Source: an uncultured delta proteobacterium (GTDB lineage Bacteria > Desulfobacterota > WTBG01 > CAIYCZ01). From it: 64,000 nucleotides of DNA. The notes beneath the pieces are model-generated. The model did no database searches. It was not told the origin of the DNA and saw only the letters and a program-made list of their open reading frames with translations. How positions within the stretch are numbered: the first letter of the stretch is position 1; every line of letters starts with the position of its first letter. The position numbers were made by a program, and so were the translations under genes. This document shows positions 41,486 to 51,432 of this stretch, one piece after another. The DNA lies in assembly GCA_963803975.1 (NCBI GenBank), contig CAWDOY010000001.1, positions 64,001 to 128,000 of the forward strand, given 5' to 3'.

Positions 41486-43441
41486 TTATCCCTTTACGAT
41501 GGCAGCTTTATGGTGCGGCGCAGAACGTTTTTTTGCTGCAGCCGCCGGCGTCCCTGCGGTCATATCCAGTTCCTTACGGCGATGGGCAGCGCCTATGACC
41601 ACGACGCCGCAGAGGAGAATAAATCCCAGGCCGATACGAGATAGCCCCGGCGCGGGAGGGAGCGTGATGTCCCATGAATACGTCATAACAAACCCATGCA
41701 AGACCGTAAAGAACAAAAAAAAGGCAAATAGCACGGTGCACAGTAATCCCGGGACAAGATATCCTTTTCGCAGCAGGCCGGCACCGGGGAACAAGAAGGT
41801 GAAAAACGTGGTGATGGTTTTTTGCCGACCCTGATATTTTTTAATAGTAAGCATTTTCATTTCCCTGAGCGCTGGATCGAGCCCCTCCTGCTTTCCCAGA
41901 ATATTTGTGCACTGGGTACAGGACCGGGTTTGGTCAGAGACGCGCTCACATCTCCTGCAGAATGATCTTCCGCACGTCATGCAGCGCTTTGCAAGGGCAA
42001 AGCGTTTATATTTTACCACCAGCAGGGCGCAGATGATAAAAGCACCCGGCGCTGCCCATCCATACGCAAAGGGAATTCCTCTGCAGGTAACATCCCAGAG
42101 CTGCTGCGCAAGCAGCCTGTTTTCAGGCGTGGAGGAGAATGCTTTCTGCCAGATCTCCGCCCGCGGCAGCGGCTCATCAATAAGCAGCCGGTTGGGGTTT
42201 TCAGCATACGTGACCAGCAGATAGGTTACGGCTGAGCTGTCCAGATGTTTAGCCTTCATGAACTCAGCTTCACTCTCGGTAAACATAAATTTTTGCAGAT
42301 AGGCACGGCTGAGGTTGAAATGCGCTGCTGCGCTTGATGGCTTGAGCGCCAGAGCCTGCTGGTACTGCTCAATAGCCTGGTCCGGTTTTTTTATGGCGCA
42401 GTAGACATTTCCCAGGTTGACACGCGCCAGGGAGTTTTGCGGGTTACGCTCGAGAACTTTTTGATAATAGCGCTCTGCTTCTTTGTAATCGCCCTCTTTT
42501 TTAGAGATGAGACCCAGGGTGAACAGGCTTGCGGTGTCCTCGGGATGAGCCTCGCTGTAGCTCTTCAGATAGACAGCATCCCGGTCCTGCCAGCTGCCAT
42601 AATTTGCGGTCCAGAGTGTTTTAACCAGCGGTGACTGTGGTGCCGCCAGCATCGTGGCAGTAACAGCCAGGAATTGAGGGATGAGCGATAAAAAAAGCAT
42701 CAGGCAGATGGTGGCCTTCTGCTCCTGTTTAGTTTGATAGCTGAACATAAGCAGCAGCCAGTAACAGAGCACCCAGCAGAGGGAAAAATTAAAAAACAGG
42801 GGCACACAGAAGATACACAGTGCCCATCCCCGTGAAACTGCGTGCGGCATGCTGAGCGGGAAGATATGCTTCAGATCGTGATAGGCGCGCGGGAGATATT
42901 TTGCCAGCAGCGCCAGACAGAACAGAGCCAGGGTCAGCAGAAGAGCGCCAGCGAGTGAGAGCATTGCTGCCGCAAGAAACCGTGCCGGCGGCTCAAGCAC
43001 ATAGAGTTGTTTGCAGAATGAGGTTAGCTGCCCCCATATCAGGTGATGGAAAAATAACTTATTCCGGACCCAGCGGGATTGTGCCAGTGCAGCTGTCGCA
43101 GCGGGAAGATCAGGTGAGAGCTGTTCTGCATATTCGGATAACAGGAGTGCTTTATCATACTGTCCCGTATCAAGGGCGGTATAGCATTCCCTGATGAGAG
43201 CAAAAGAATAGGGATAATAATTTTTTATTCCCCGGTCCAGTGACTGCTGGTACATGTTTTCTAAAAATGGCTTGAGGGTTTTGACACTGTTGAGGATATC
43301 ATCAGAGAGAACAGCGGGGGCGGAATCTGCGGCACGTGCCGGACTTCCTGAAGAGTACTGGCTCAACAGGGAAACAAGTAACATAATGATGATGATGAAG
43401 GTCTGTGCGCGTGGAAGAAAAAAGGGGTTGTTTTTTATCAT
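41486..43441 (-). CDS. Membrane TPR protein with Cys-rich Zn-finger
   Basis: Several TM helices, tandem TPRs (LGLI..AERYYQKVL..P; NLGNVY; FNLSRAY), CMTC..CRRC..CTQC. Confidence 0.82.
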   Translation of the reverse strand: MIKNNPFFLPRAQTFIIIIMLLVSLLSQYSSGSPARAADSAPAVLSDDILNSVKTLKPFLENMYQQSLDRGIKNYYPYSFALIRECYTALDTGQYDKALLLSEYAEQLSPDLPAATAALAQSRWVRNKLFFHHLIWGQLTSFCKQLYVLEPPARFLAAAMLSLAGALLLTLALFCLALLAKYLPRAYHDLKHIFPLSMPHAVSRGWALCIFCVPLFFNFSLCWVLCYWLLLMFSYQTKQEQKATICLMLFLSLIPQFLAVTATMLAAPQSPLVKTLWTANYGSWQDRDAVYLKSYSEAHPEDTASLFTLGLISKKEGDYKEAERYYQKVLERNPQNSLARVNLGNVYCAIKKPDQAIEQYQQALALKPSSAAAHFNLSRAYLQKFMFTESEAEFMKAKHLDSSAVTYLLVTYAENPNRLLIDEPLPRAEIWQKAFSSTPENRLLAQQLWDVTCRGIPFAYGWAAPGAFIICALLVVKYKRFALAKRCMTCGRSFCRRCERVSDQTRSCTQCTNILGKQEGLDPALREMKMLTIKKYQGRQKTITTFFTFLFPGAGLLRKGYLVPGLLCTVLFAFFLFFTVLHGFVMTYSWDITLPPAPGLSRIGLGFILLCGVVVIGAAHRRKELDMTAGTPAAAAKKRSAPHHKAAIVKG

Positions 43442-43474
43442 AACCGGTAATTACTGGCTCAGCTGAAAACATAT

Positions 43475-44614
43475 TCAACGGGGTTCTCGCATAGTAAAAT
43501 TATCAAAGGAAATAGTGATATTAATCAAGCACTCCTTATTCAATTCGCTGATTTGAAATATAAGAGGAACCTTAATGGATGTTGCGCTTTCTTTTTGCGG
43601 CTGCCCACAGGCAATTATTTTAAACTGAGCCTCCTGCTCCGGCTCTATTTCAGCTGAGATCGTCAGCGACTGTATGGAGGCCGCAGCGCTGCCGGCTGCC
43701 AGCAGGGTTCCGGAATCAGGCGTTGCAGCATCTTGTGTAAGATTGAACGGCCCCTGCGGTACTTCATCGCCTGCCGGGATTATATCTGCAACCGTGGATG
43801 GCGGTCCGGCGGGCAGGTGCAGGGTCGCCGGCTGTTCAGGAGGAGAGGACATCTTAAACGGAATCGTTTCGGGCGGTTCTGCGCTGAGTGGCTCATCGGC
43901 AATGGCTTCGCTGCTGATCCGTATAACCGGACCAGTTCCTGCCGCCGCTTCTTCCTGCTGCTGCAATACCGAAGCAGCATACGGGGCAGGTTCTTTGAAT
44001 ATTCTTATGAGCGGCCCTTCTTTTTTTACTGAGCTCTCATCAAGCTGTTTTAAAATCAGTTTGCAGCAGGCGGTGAGTGTTTCCAGAACGCCGGGACCTT
44101 GAACAGCACTGGCCTCAAAAAAAGGGAACTGCAGCTTATTGAGGGCGGTATTAATCTCATCCACGGGCATGATATCGGGTAAATCCCGCTTATTATACTG
44201 TATAACAACAGGCGTAGAGAGTATGTTCTTTTTATAGAATTTAAGATTTTCTTCCAGGTCTTTGAAACTCTCAAGATTTGCTTCCATTTTGTCTTTTTGT
44301 GAGTCAGCAACAAACACCACTCCGTCAACATTGGTTAACACCGCTCTTCTGGTTAATGCATAATATACCTGCCCCGGGACCGTATAGATGTGAAATCGAG
44401 TTTTAAACCCCTTGACGTTACCAAGCTCTATAGGGAGAAAATCAAAAAACAGGGTTCTGTCATCTTTGGTGGCCAATGAAACCATTTCCCCGCGCTGATG
44501 AGGAGCGAGTTTTTCATGGATGGTCTGTACATTGGTCGTCTTGCCACATAAGGAAGGACCACAGTAGACAATCTTGATGTTGATCTCTTTTTTTGCGCTA
44601 TTAAAAACAGCCAT
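43475..44614 (-). CDS. mglA: MglA-family small GTPase with long C-terminal extension
   Basis: KIVYCGPSLCGKTTN, DRTLFFDFLP, YTVPGQVYY, DGVVFVADS, QYNKRDL; Pro/Ala/Glu-rich tail. Confidence 0.88.
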   Translation of the reverse strand: MAVFNSAKKEINIKIVYCGPSLCGKTTNVQTIHEKLAPHQRGEMVSLATKDDRTLFFDFLPIELGNVKGFKTRFHIYTVPGQVYYALTRRAVLTNVDGVVFVADSQKDKMEANLESFKDLEENLKFYKKNILSTPVVIQYNKRDLPDIMPVDEINTALNKLQFPFFEASAVQGPGVLETLTACCKLILKQLDESSVKKEGPLIRIFKEPAPYAASVLQQQEEAAAGTGPVIRISSEAIADEPLSAEPPETIPFKMSSPPEQPATLHLPAGPPSTVADIIPAGDEVPQGPFNLTQDAATPDSGTLLAAGSAAASIQSLTISAEIEPEQEAQFKIIACGQPQKESATSIKVPLIFQISELNKECLINITISFDNFTMREPR

Positions 44615-44655
44615 ATCGAGCACCTGCCCTTGCGATTAATTACGGCATATCTTTA

Positions 44656-45675
44656 TCAAGGCTTTTCTTTATTTGTATGCTTTTTAAAAAATCCAAAAAG
44701 ACCGCCTTTGCCGCCCTTTGCTTTTCGCACATCTTTCAACTCATCGCGCAGGCTCTTTATTTCATCTTCTGTCAGAAAATCAAGGGCAAGGGCCTGGTTG
44801 ATGTATGCTTCTGCTTTCTCCAGATTATTCAGGGCCTGGCAGCAGTGAGCCAGCTGCAGGTAGCTGTGAGCGACTTTCTGCTTATGCTCTATGGCCTTTT
44901 CAAATTCTTTCATGGCTTCTTCCAACGCGCCCAGGCGCTGCTGTGCCATGCCCAGCTCATAATGTAAATCAGGGGCTGCTTCATCAGGCGCTGCTTCCGC
45001 TTCCGTCTTAATCTGGGTGAAAATGTCATCATAGGGCTGCTGCTGTGCAGGTGCGTCGCGGTCCTGTTCTGCCGGGGCTGATACATGTATTGAGCTGTCA
45101 CTCTCCAGAGCAGCCTCAAGATCAAAAAAAACTGATGATGGCTTTTCTTCCAGCGGCTTTGTAACCGGTTGCTGCGTTTCAGCACCTTCAGGTTCCGTAT
45201 CAGAGCGGATTCCTGCGCTCTCATAAAACCTGGCTACTTTTTGCCTGAACTGCTCATTTGACGGGTCTATTTCAAGAATTTTCTGGAGCACTTCAGCGGC
45301 CTTATTGCTAAAACCGTTCTGATGATAGTAGACAGCTAATTTTCCCAGCGTGGCAACAGCATCTCCCTTAAACCCGCTTTTCTGATGAATGTCCGCCAGG
45401 GTGGTATATACGGCTGTCTGGCCAGGATCAAGTGCCAGGATGTGATTGTAGATTGAAATTGCGATCTGAAAAAGCTTTTTCTTCTTATAGGTGTCGGCAG
45501 CATACAGATATTCACTGATGGCTTTATCCTTGTTATTCGTCTTAAAATAAAGCTCAGCAATTTTTATGTGAATACGTATGTCATCCGGATTTTTTGCAGC
45601 AGCATCCAGATACGCAGCCAAGGCTTTTTCAAAAGCTTTTTGGGGAGATATTTCTCTGGCAAACGGTACTTTCAT
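44656..45675 (-). CDS. TPR protein
   Basis: N-terminal TPR array, acidic linker (FFDLEAAL), C-terminal HYELGMA TPRs. Confidence 0.82.
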   Translation of the reverse strand: MKVPFAREISPQKAFEKALAAYLDAAAKNPDDIRIHIKIAELYFKTNNKDKAISEYLYAADTYKKKKLFQIAISIYNHILALDPGQTAVYTTLADIHQKSGFKGDAVATLGKLAVYYHQNGFSNKAAEVLQKILEIDPSNEQFRQKVARFYESAGIRSDTEPEGAETQQPVTKPLEEKPSSVFFDLEAALESDSSIHVSAPAEQDRDAPAQQQPYDDIFTQIKTEAEAAPDEAAPDLHYELGMAQQRLGALEEAMKEFEKAIEHKQKVAHSYLQLAHCCQALNNLEKAEAYINQALALDFLTEDEIKSLRDELKDVRKAKGGKGGLFGFFKKHTNKEKP

Positions 45676-45792
45676 AAACAGCGTCTAATGACTGGTTTTA
45701 TGCCTAAAATTCCCGGCACCGATCCCGGATACTTTGCAGTTACGGGATGGGAGGGGAGCTTCTCTTGCTGCGTACCATACAGCCGCAGTTTT

Positions 45793-45938
45793 GACAAAGT
45801 CGTAAAAAGTCCCCTGCTGTCATTGCGAGGAGGAGTGAAACGACGAAGCAGTCTCATGGAATGTCAGAAAGCGGTGAGATTGCCGCGCTTTGCTCGCAAT
45901 GACAAATTGTTCGTTTTACGACTTTTTACGACGTCAGC
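45793..45938. mobile_element. MITE with TIRs, target-site duplication and internal palindrome
   Basis: GTCGTAAAAAGTC (45799-45811) / GACTTTTTACGAC (45920-45932); flanking direct repeat AGTTTT; inner TGTCATTGCGAG / CTCGCAATGACA. Confidence 0.85.
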
Positions 45939-46443
45939 AGTTTTAATTTAAAAATTTACTATCTATTCATCGGCAGCGCCAATAAAAAGATAATTAAAAT
46001 AAAGTCAATTAAATGAGTTAAAGCTGCCCAGGGCGCCGTATAGCGGCAAAAAAATCTGTTTAATAATAAATGCAGCAGCAGGTTCTTCTGCTTCACTCAA
46101 TCAAACATATTGACCTTACCAGCTTTTTTCGTTATTCTTTGTGTCATAATATCACAAATGAATTAAAATTTATAGCAAATCCATTTGAAAAAGGGAAACT
46201 TTTTCACCGGGCTATTCTGTTTCGCTGTCATAAGCATAGATACTGCCCTATAATTTGTTGGTACTTAGTGCTTCGATTCGCAAATACGGTGACGTATGGG
46301 ATCCAAAGAAATGCCATGCAATGCTCACTCAGCCCTTCGAAAAGAAATTTCCGCGGGGAAATTGATCGATAAAATTCGACACAAGTGCCTTACCTGAGGG
46401 AAGGGAAACAGATACAACATTACATAAACGGGGATCATGGGCA

Positions 46444-47079
46444 ATGAACAAACAGCGACACTATCTGCGGGTTACCTTGTTGAAAACAGTACTGTCAGTT
46501 CTTATATTGTCATGCGTGTGCGGGTGTATGTTTTTTCGGCAACCCAAACGCCAGGACGTGAATAAAGCGTTTAATGAGTTTAAAAAGCAGGACCGGGCCG
46601 CACTGGATGAAGCGCCGCAACTGCTTATAGCTGATTACCGTGATATGAAAGAAGATGACCTCGTAGCATGGGTGTGGTGGATGCCTGGTTTTGAATTAGG
46701 GCTTTGCCGGTCATTTGAAATTGATCCGGTGATCAACAACAGCACTTTTTCATATCCCTGGGCTGAAGCAAAAGTCGCCCAGGGATTACAAAAGATATTC
46801 AATGCCAGCGTTAATAAAGGTCAGGGGACGATAAACGCTGAAGTCAAATGTGCCATTGTTGACATGAGGCCGCGCAAGAAGCTCACCAGCAGGCTGCTCC
46901 CCTTTGAGGAGGATTTTGTTTATATTGAGATGCAGCTCGTTATACTTGACAAAAGCTCAAAGGAAATTCTGTGCAAACTAATCCATGGTAAAAGAACCGA
47001 GGATTTCAAAACTGCCGTCGATGGCATGATGAAAGATGTAGAACAGTACTTTGCAAAAAGTAAGCTGCAGAAACAGTAA
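46444..47079 (+). CDS. Hypothetical lipoprotein
   Basis: Hydrophobic N-terminus ending VCGC; 211-aa ORF heading the plsC-trpF-secA run. Confidence 0.65.
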   Translation: MNKQRHYLRVTLLKTVLSVLILSCVCGCMFFRQPKRQDVNKAFNEFKKQDRAALDEAPQLLIADYRDMKEDDLVAWVWWMPGFELGLCRSFEIDPVINNSTFSYPWAEAKVAQGLQKIFNASVNKGQGTINAEVKCAIVDMRPRKKLTSRLLPFEEDFVYIEMQLVILDKSSKEILCKLIHGKRTEDFKTAVDGMMKDVEQYFAKSKLQKQ

Positions 47080-47107
47080 CTATACCGCAGGAAACCTGAG
47101 CCGGGTT

Positions 47108-47755
47108 ATGCTTACCAAAAGGAGCTTTAAAAACAGTATCTATTTGACCATTCGTCTTGTTTTTAAAGGATTAGCGAAAGTTTTTTTAAAATTTGAGGTG
47201 AGAGGGGCTGAACACATCCCCCGTACCGGGGCCGCAATCATTGCCTCAAACCATGCCAGCTACCTTGACCCGCCCCTGATCGGCATGGCGATACCGCGCC
47301 CTATTTTTTATTTTGCCAAAGAAGAACTGTTCCGCACTTTTTTTGGTACTGCCATAAGAATTGTTAATGCCATTCCGGTCAACCGGGATCAGCTTGACCG
47401 GAAAACCCTGCGGATTGTTTTAGCGGTATTGGCACGGGGGGAGATGATACTCATGTTCCCCGAAGGAACGCGCACGGAGACCGGCGATTTACAGGCGGGC
47501 AAGCCCGGCACCGGCTTCATAGCCTATCACGCAAAAGTCCCGGTCATTCCTGCCTGCATCAGGGGGAGTTTTGAAATACTGCCGCGGGGCGGAAAGTTTT
47601 TTCATTTCAGAAAATGCACGGTGACCTTTGGCCCTCCCGTTGAGCTTGATCAGTTTTATGCTGCGGCACGGACAAAAGATATGTATGAGCGCATGAGCCA
47701 GGAAATCATGCGAAGTATTGCACAATTGAGAGGCTTACATGGGCATCCAGGTTAA
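47108..47755 (+). CDS. plsC: 1-acyl-sn-glycerol-3-phosphate acyltransferase
   Basis: NHASYLD (HxxxxD), AKEELF, FPEGTRT, VPVIP. Confidence 0.88.
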   Translation: MLTKRSFKNSIYLTIRLVFKGLAKVFLKFEVRGAEHIPRTGAAIIASNHASYLDPPLIGMAIPRPIFYFAKEELFRTFFGTAIRIVNAIPVNRDQLDRKTLRIVLAVLARGEMILMFPEGTRTETGDLQAGKPGTGFIAYHAKVPVIPACIRGSFEILPRGGKFFHFRKCTVTFGPPVELDQFYAAARTKDMYERMSQEIMRSIAQLRGLHGHPG

Positions 47756-48410
47756 GATCTGCGGGATTACCCGCGTCGAGGATGCCCTGGCTGCAGGAGA
47801 AGCAGGCGCAGACTTTATCGGGGTTATCGTTGAAATTGGCGGCTCTCCCCGCTCGGTTTCACCCGCAACAGCCCAGCGCATAATCGCAGCGTCACGTGCG
47901 CCGGTGGTGGTGCTGCTGGAAAAATCGCCGGCTGAAATAGAAAAAATTGCGGACAGCTTGCAGCCCTACGCGGTGCAGCTGATAGGAGCGGCAGCGCCCG
48001 GCATGGTAGAGAAGCTTGCCTCGCGTATTAGTGCCCGGATCTGGAAGACGGTGCAGGTGCCGCAGCGAGGGGCAGAGGACGCGCACCTGGCTGAGTTACA
48101 GACAGTAATTGAGCAGTACCACGCTGCAGGCGTCGAGGTGGTGGTGCTTGATACCCTGGTAAAACTGCCGGATAGACAATACAAGGGCGGCACCGGGCAG
48201 GTGTGCGACTGGGAAACCGCACAGCGGCTGGTGGCTCAATCGTTGCTGCCGCTTTTTTTGGCAGGCGGAATAACCCCGTCCAATGCGCGTGAGGCAATCA
48301 CGTCGGTGCATCCTGCTGGTATAGATTTATCAAGTGGTGTTGAAACATCACCGGGCAGGAAAGACCCGCACAAGATATTGGAATTGATGGGCATTGTGCG
48401 CACTATTTAA
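47739..48410 (+). CDS. trpF: Phosphoribosylanthranilate isomerase
   Basis: VKICGITR, GAD.IG, SPR.V, GGTG...DW, LAGG, DLSSGVE..PG.KD. Confidence 0.92.
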   Translation: MGIQVKICGITRVEDALAAGEAGADFIGVIVEIGGSPRSVSPATAQRIIAASRAPVVVLLEKSPAEIEKIADSLQPYAVQLIGAAAPGMVEKLASRISARIWKTVQVPQRGAEDAHLAELQTVIEQYHAAGVEVVVLDTLVKLPDRQYKGGTGQVCDWETAQRLVAQSLLPLFLAGGITPSNAREAITSVHPAGIDLSSGVETSPGRKDPHKILELMGIVRTI

Positions 48411-48442
48411 TATACTATTAGGACTATAGACAGGAGCTGCAG

Positions 48443-51373
48443 GTGTTTGGAACATTGCTGAAAAAAGTATTTGGTAGCGATAACGAGCGGGAGCTGAAAA
48501 AACTCGGGCCGCTGGTGCAGGATGTCAATGAGCGTGAGCCGGAACTCAGAAAAAAATCGGATGATGAGCTGCGCGCCATGACCAGCGTGTTCCGCGAGCG
48601 GCTTGGCCGCGGTGAAGCGCTGGACGACATTCTAGCCGAAGCATTTGCCACCGTGCGGGAGGTTGCCCGGCGCGTGCTTGACATGCGGCACTTTGATGTC
48701 CAGATTATCGGCGGCATCGTTCTGCATCAGGGAAAAATTGCTGAAATGGCGACCGGCGAAGGGAAAACCCTGGTTGCCACGCTGCCAGCCTATCTTAACG
48801 GATTAACCGGGCGCGGCGTGCATATCGTCACCGTGAATGACTACCTGGCCAAACGTGACCGGGACTGGATGGGGAAAATTTATGAATTCCTTGGCCTGAC
48901 GGTCGGTGTCGTACACCATGACATTACTCAGGAAGAACGGCAGCAGGCGTATGCCGCTGATATCACCTACGGCACCAATACTGAATTCGGGTTTGATTAT
49001 CTGCGCGATAATATGGCCGTTACTTTTGAAGGGCAGGTGCAGCGCAAGCACTACTATGCAATTGTCGATGAAGTTGACAGCATCCTCGTTGATGAGGCGC
49101 GCACGCCGCTTATCATTTCCGGGCCTATCGAGCGGTCTGAGCGCCATCACTTCGGCGAGCTGAAGCCGCACGTTGAGCGGCTTATGCAGGGCCAGAGCCG
49201 CCTGATGAGCCAGCTTCTCACCGAAGCGGAAAAGCTCGCGGAGGAGGGCAAGGAATACGAGGCGGGGGTTAAACTGCTCCAGGTGAAGCGGGGCTCGCCC
49301 AAGAACAAGCGCTTCCTGAAAATGATCAAAGACGGGAAGCTGAAAAAGGTGATCGACGGCATCGAGCTCGATTACATCCGCGACAAGCGCCTGGGAGAGC
49401 TCGATGAGGAGCTCTACTTCAGCATCGATGAAAAGTCAAACATTATTGACCTCGCCGATAAGGGGCGCCAGCTTCTTTCTCCCAATGATCCGGATTTTTT
49501 TATCCTGCCTGACCTGAGCATGGCCGATGATCAGAGCCTGCCCGACGAAGAGCGCAAACAAAAGCTGACGAAACTGGAGCGGCAGTTTTCCGAGACCAGC
49601 GAAAAGATCCAGACCATAACCCAGCTGTTAAAGGCCTATTCGCTCTTTGAAAAGGACGTGAACTACGTGGTGCATGAGGGCCAGGTGCAGATCGTGGATG
49701 AGTTTACCGGCCGGCTCCTTCCCGGCCGGCGCTACAGCGATGGCCTGCATCAGGCGATTGAGGCCAAGGAGGGGGTGAAGATTGAGGGCGAAACCCAGAC
49801 CTTTGCCACCATCACCATCCAGAACTATTTCCGCATGTATGAAAAGCTCGCCGGCATGACCGGTACTGCCGAAACAGAAGCGCCGGAATTTTTCAAAATT
49901 TATAAGCTGAACGTAGCTGTTATCCCCACCAATGAAGCGGTGCGGCGGGTTGATTACACTGATATGGTGTATAAGACCAAAAAGGAGAAATATAAGGCGG
50001 CCATCAGGGAAATAGTGGACATGAATGCAATGGGGCGGCCCGTGCTGGTGGGGACCGTTTCCGTAGAAACATCAGAGCTTTTGAGCAGGATGCTGCCGCG
50101 GAATATAAAACATTCAGTGCTCAATGCCAAGCGCCACAAGGAGGAGGCCGAGATCGTTGCCAATGCCGGACAGCCGGGCGCGGTCACCATAGCCACCAAT
50201 ATGGCAGGCCGCGGAACCGACATCAAGCTCGGGCCGGGTGTGGTCAAATGTGCCGCCATGTGCTGTATCATCTGTGACCGGGAGCGGGCCGAAGGATGCA
50301 AAAACTGCCCTGACCCGCAGAAGCAGGGAAAGAAAAAGACCGAGTGTTTCACCAATGTTCCCTGCGGCCTCCATATCATAGGAACCGAGCGCCACGAGGC
50401 GCGCCGCATTGACCGCCAGTTGAGAGGCCGCAGCGGCCGTCAGGGGGATCCGGGCTCGTCACGGTTTTATATGTCCCTGGAGGATGACCTGCTGAGAATC
50501 TTCGGCGGCGAGCGCATCTCAAATATTATGGACCGCTTCGGCATGGAGGAAGATCAGCCCATAGAGCACCCCCTTATTACCCGGGCGATAGAGAACGCCC
50601 AGGCGCGGGTTGAGGGGCACAACTTTGATATCCGCAAGCACCTCCTCGAGTATGACAATGTCATGAACAAGCAGCGGGAGATCATTTATGAGCTGCGCAA
50701 CCGGGCGCTGCGTGACGAGAGCCTGGAAGACCTGGTCACGGAATATACGGAAGAGTTTGCCGCGGGCATTGTGGACACCTTCTACAGCAAGGACATTCAC
50801 CCTGAGGACATGGATGTAAGAGGCTTTAAGGAAGCGGTATTCAGGCAGTTTTCGCTTCCCCTGTGGCAATCGGCAGATGACATCAGAAAGCTGCAGGGTG
50901 ATGATGCCGAGCAGCTCGTTATTGATGAGGCGAAAAAGCTGTATCTGAAAAAGGCCGAAGAATTTACCCCGGAGATGCTGCACCGGCTGGAAAAATGGAT
51001 TTACCTGCGGGTCTTAGATGAGCGCTGGAAAGAGCACCTCCTGGACCTGGACCATGTAAAGGAAGGCGTCGGGCTCAGGGGCTATGCCCAGCAGGACCCG
51101 CTTCGCGAGTATCAGAAGGAGGCATACGACCTTTTTACCGGGCTGGTGGACCGGATTAAGGGAGAGTTTATTGAAAAGCTCTACATGGTGCAGCTGGCAA
51201 AAGAAGAAGAGGTGCGCGTCCCGGAGCAGCGGCCGCAGCAGTTTGTGCTCAACCGGGGCGAGGAGGACGTGAAGGGCAAGACCGTGACACGTGACGCGAA
51301 GAAGGTCGGCAGAAACGACCCCTGCCCGTGCGGCAGCGGCAAGAAATATAAGAAATGCTGCGGGGCAAAGTAG
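48443..51373 (+). CDS. secA: Preprotein translocase ATPase SecA
   Basis: MATGEGKT, VDEVDSILVDEARTPLIISG, ATNMAGRGTDI, QLRGRSGRQGDPG, C-terminal GRNDPCPCGSGKKYKKCCG. Confidence 0.98.
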   Translation: MFGTLLKKVFGSDNERELKKLGPLVQDVNEREPELRKKSDDELRAMTSVFRERLGRGEALDDILAEAFATVREVARRVLDMRHFDVQIIGGIVLHQGKIAEMATGEGKTLVATLPAYLNGLTGRGVHIVTVNDYLAKRDRDWMGKIYEFLGLTVGVVHHDITQEERQQAYAADITYGTNTEFGFDYLRDNMAVTFEGQVQRKHYYAIVDEVDSILVDEARTPLIISGPIERSERHHFGELKPHVERLMQGQSRLMSQLLTEAEKLAEEGKEYEAGVKLLQVKRGSPKNKRFLKMIKDGKLKKVIDGIELDYIRDKRLGELDEELYFSIDEKSNIIDLADKGRQLLSPNDPDFFILPDLSMADDQSLPDEERKQKLTKLERQFSETSEKIQTITQLLKAYSLFEKDVNYVVHEGQVQIVDEFTGRLLPGRRYSDGLHQAIEAKEGVKIEGETQTFATITIQNYFRMYEKLAGMTGTAETEAPEFFKIYKLNVAVIPTNEAVRRVDYTDMVYKTKKEKYKAAIREIVDMNAMGRPVLVGTVSVETSELLSRMLPRNIKHSVLNAKRHKEEAEIVANAGQPGAVTIATNMAGRGTDIKLGPGVVKCAAMCCIICDRERAEGCKNCPDPQKQGKKKTECFTNVPCGLHIIGTERHEARRIDRQLRGRSGRQGDPGSSRFYMSLEDDLLRIFGGERISNIMDRFGMEEDQPIEHPLITRAIENAQARVEGHNFDIRKHLLEYDNVMNKQREIIYELRNRALRDESLEDLVTEYTEEFAAGIVDTFYSKDIHPEDMDVRGFKEAVFRQFSLPLWQSADDIRKLQGDDAEQLVIDEAKKLYLKKAEEFTPEMLHRLEKWIYLRVLDERWKEHLLDLDHVKEGVGLRGYAQQDPLREYQKEAYDLFTGLVDRIKGEFIEKLYMVQLAKEEEVRVPEQRPQQFVLNRGEEDVKGKTVTRDAKKVGRNDPCPCGSGKKYKKCCGAK

Positions 51374-51432
51374 CGCTGCATCTTACCGCCTCTTTGCCGG
51401 GCAAATGTATCTGAAAAGAATAATTAAACTCC

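Noticed and set aside
46279..46310. c-di-GMP-I riboswitch-like GCAAA-TACG-GTGA-CGTA..CAAAG
   Set aside because: Only a short GNRA hairpin matches; GACGCAAAG is altered and the second stem and closing helix are not found
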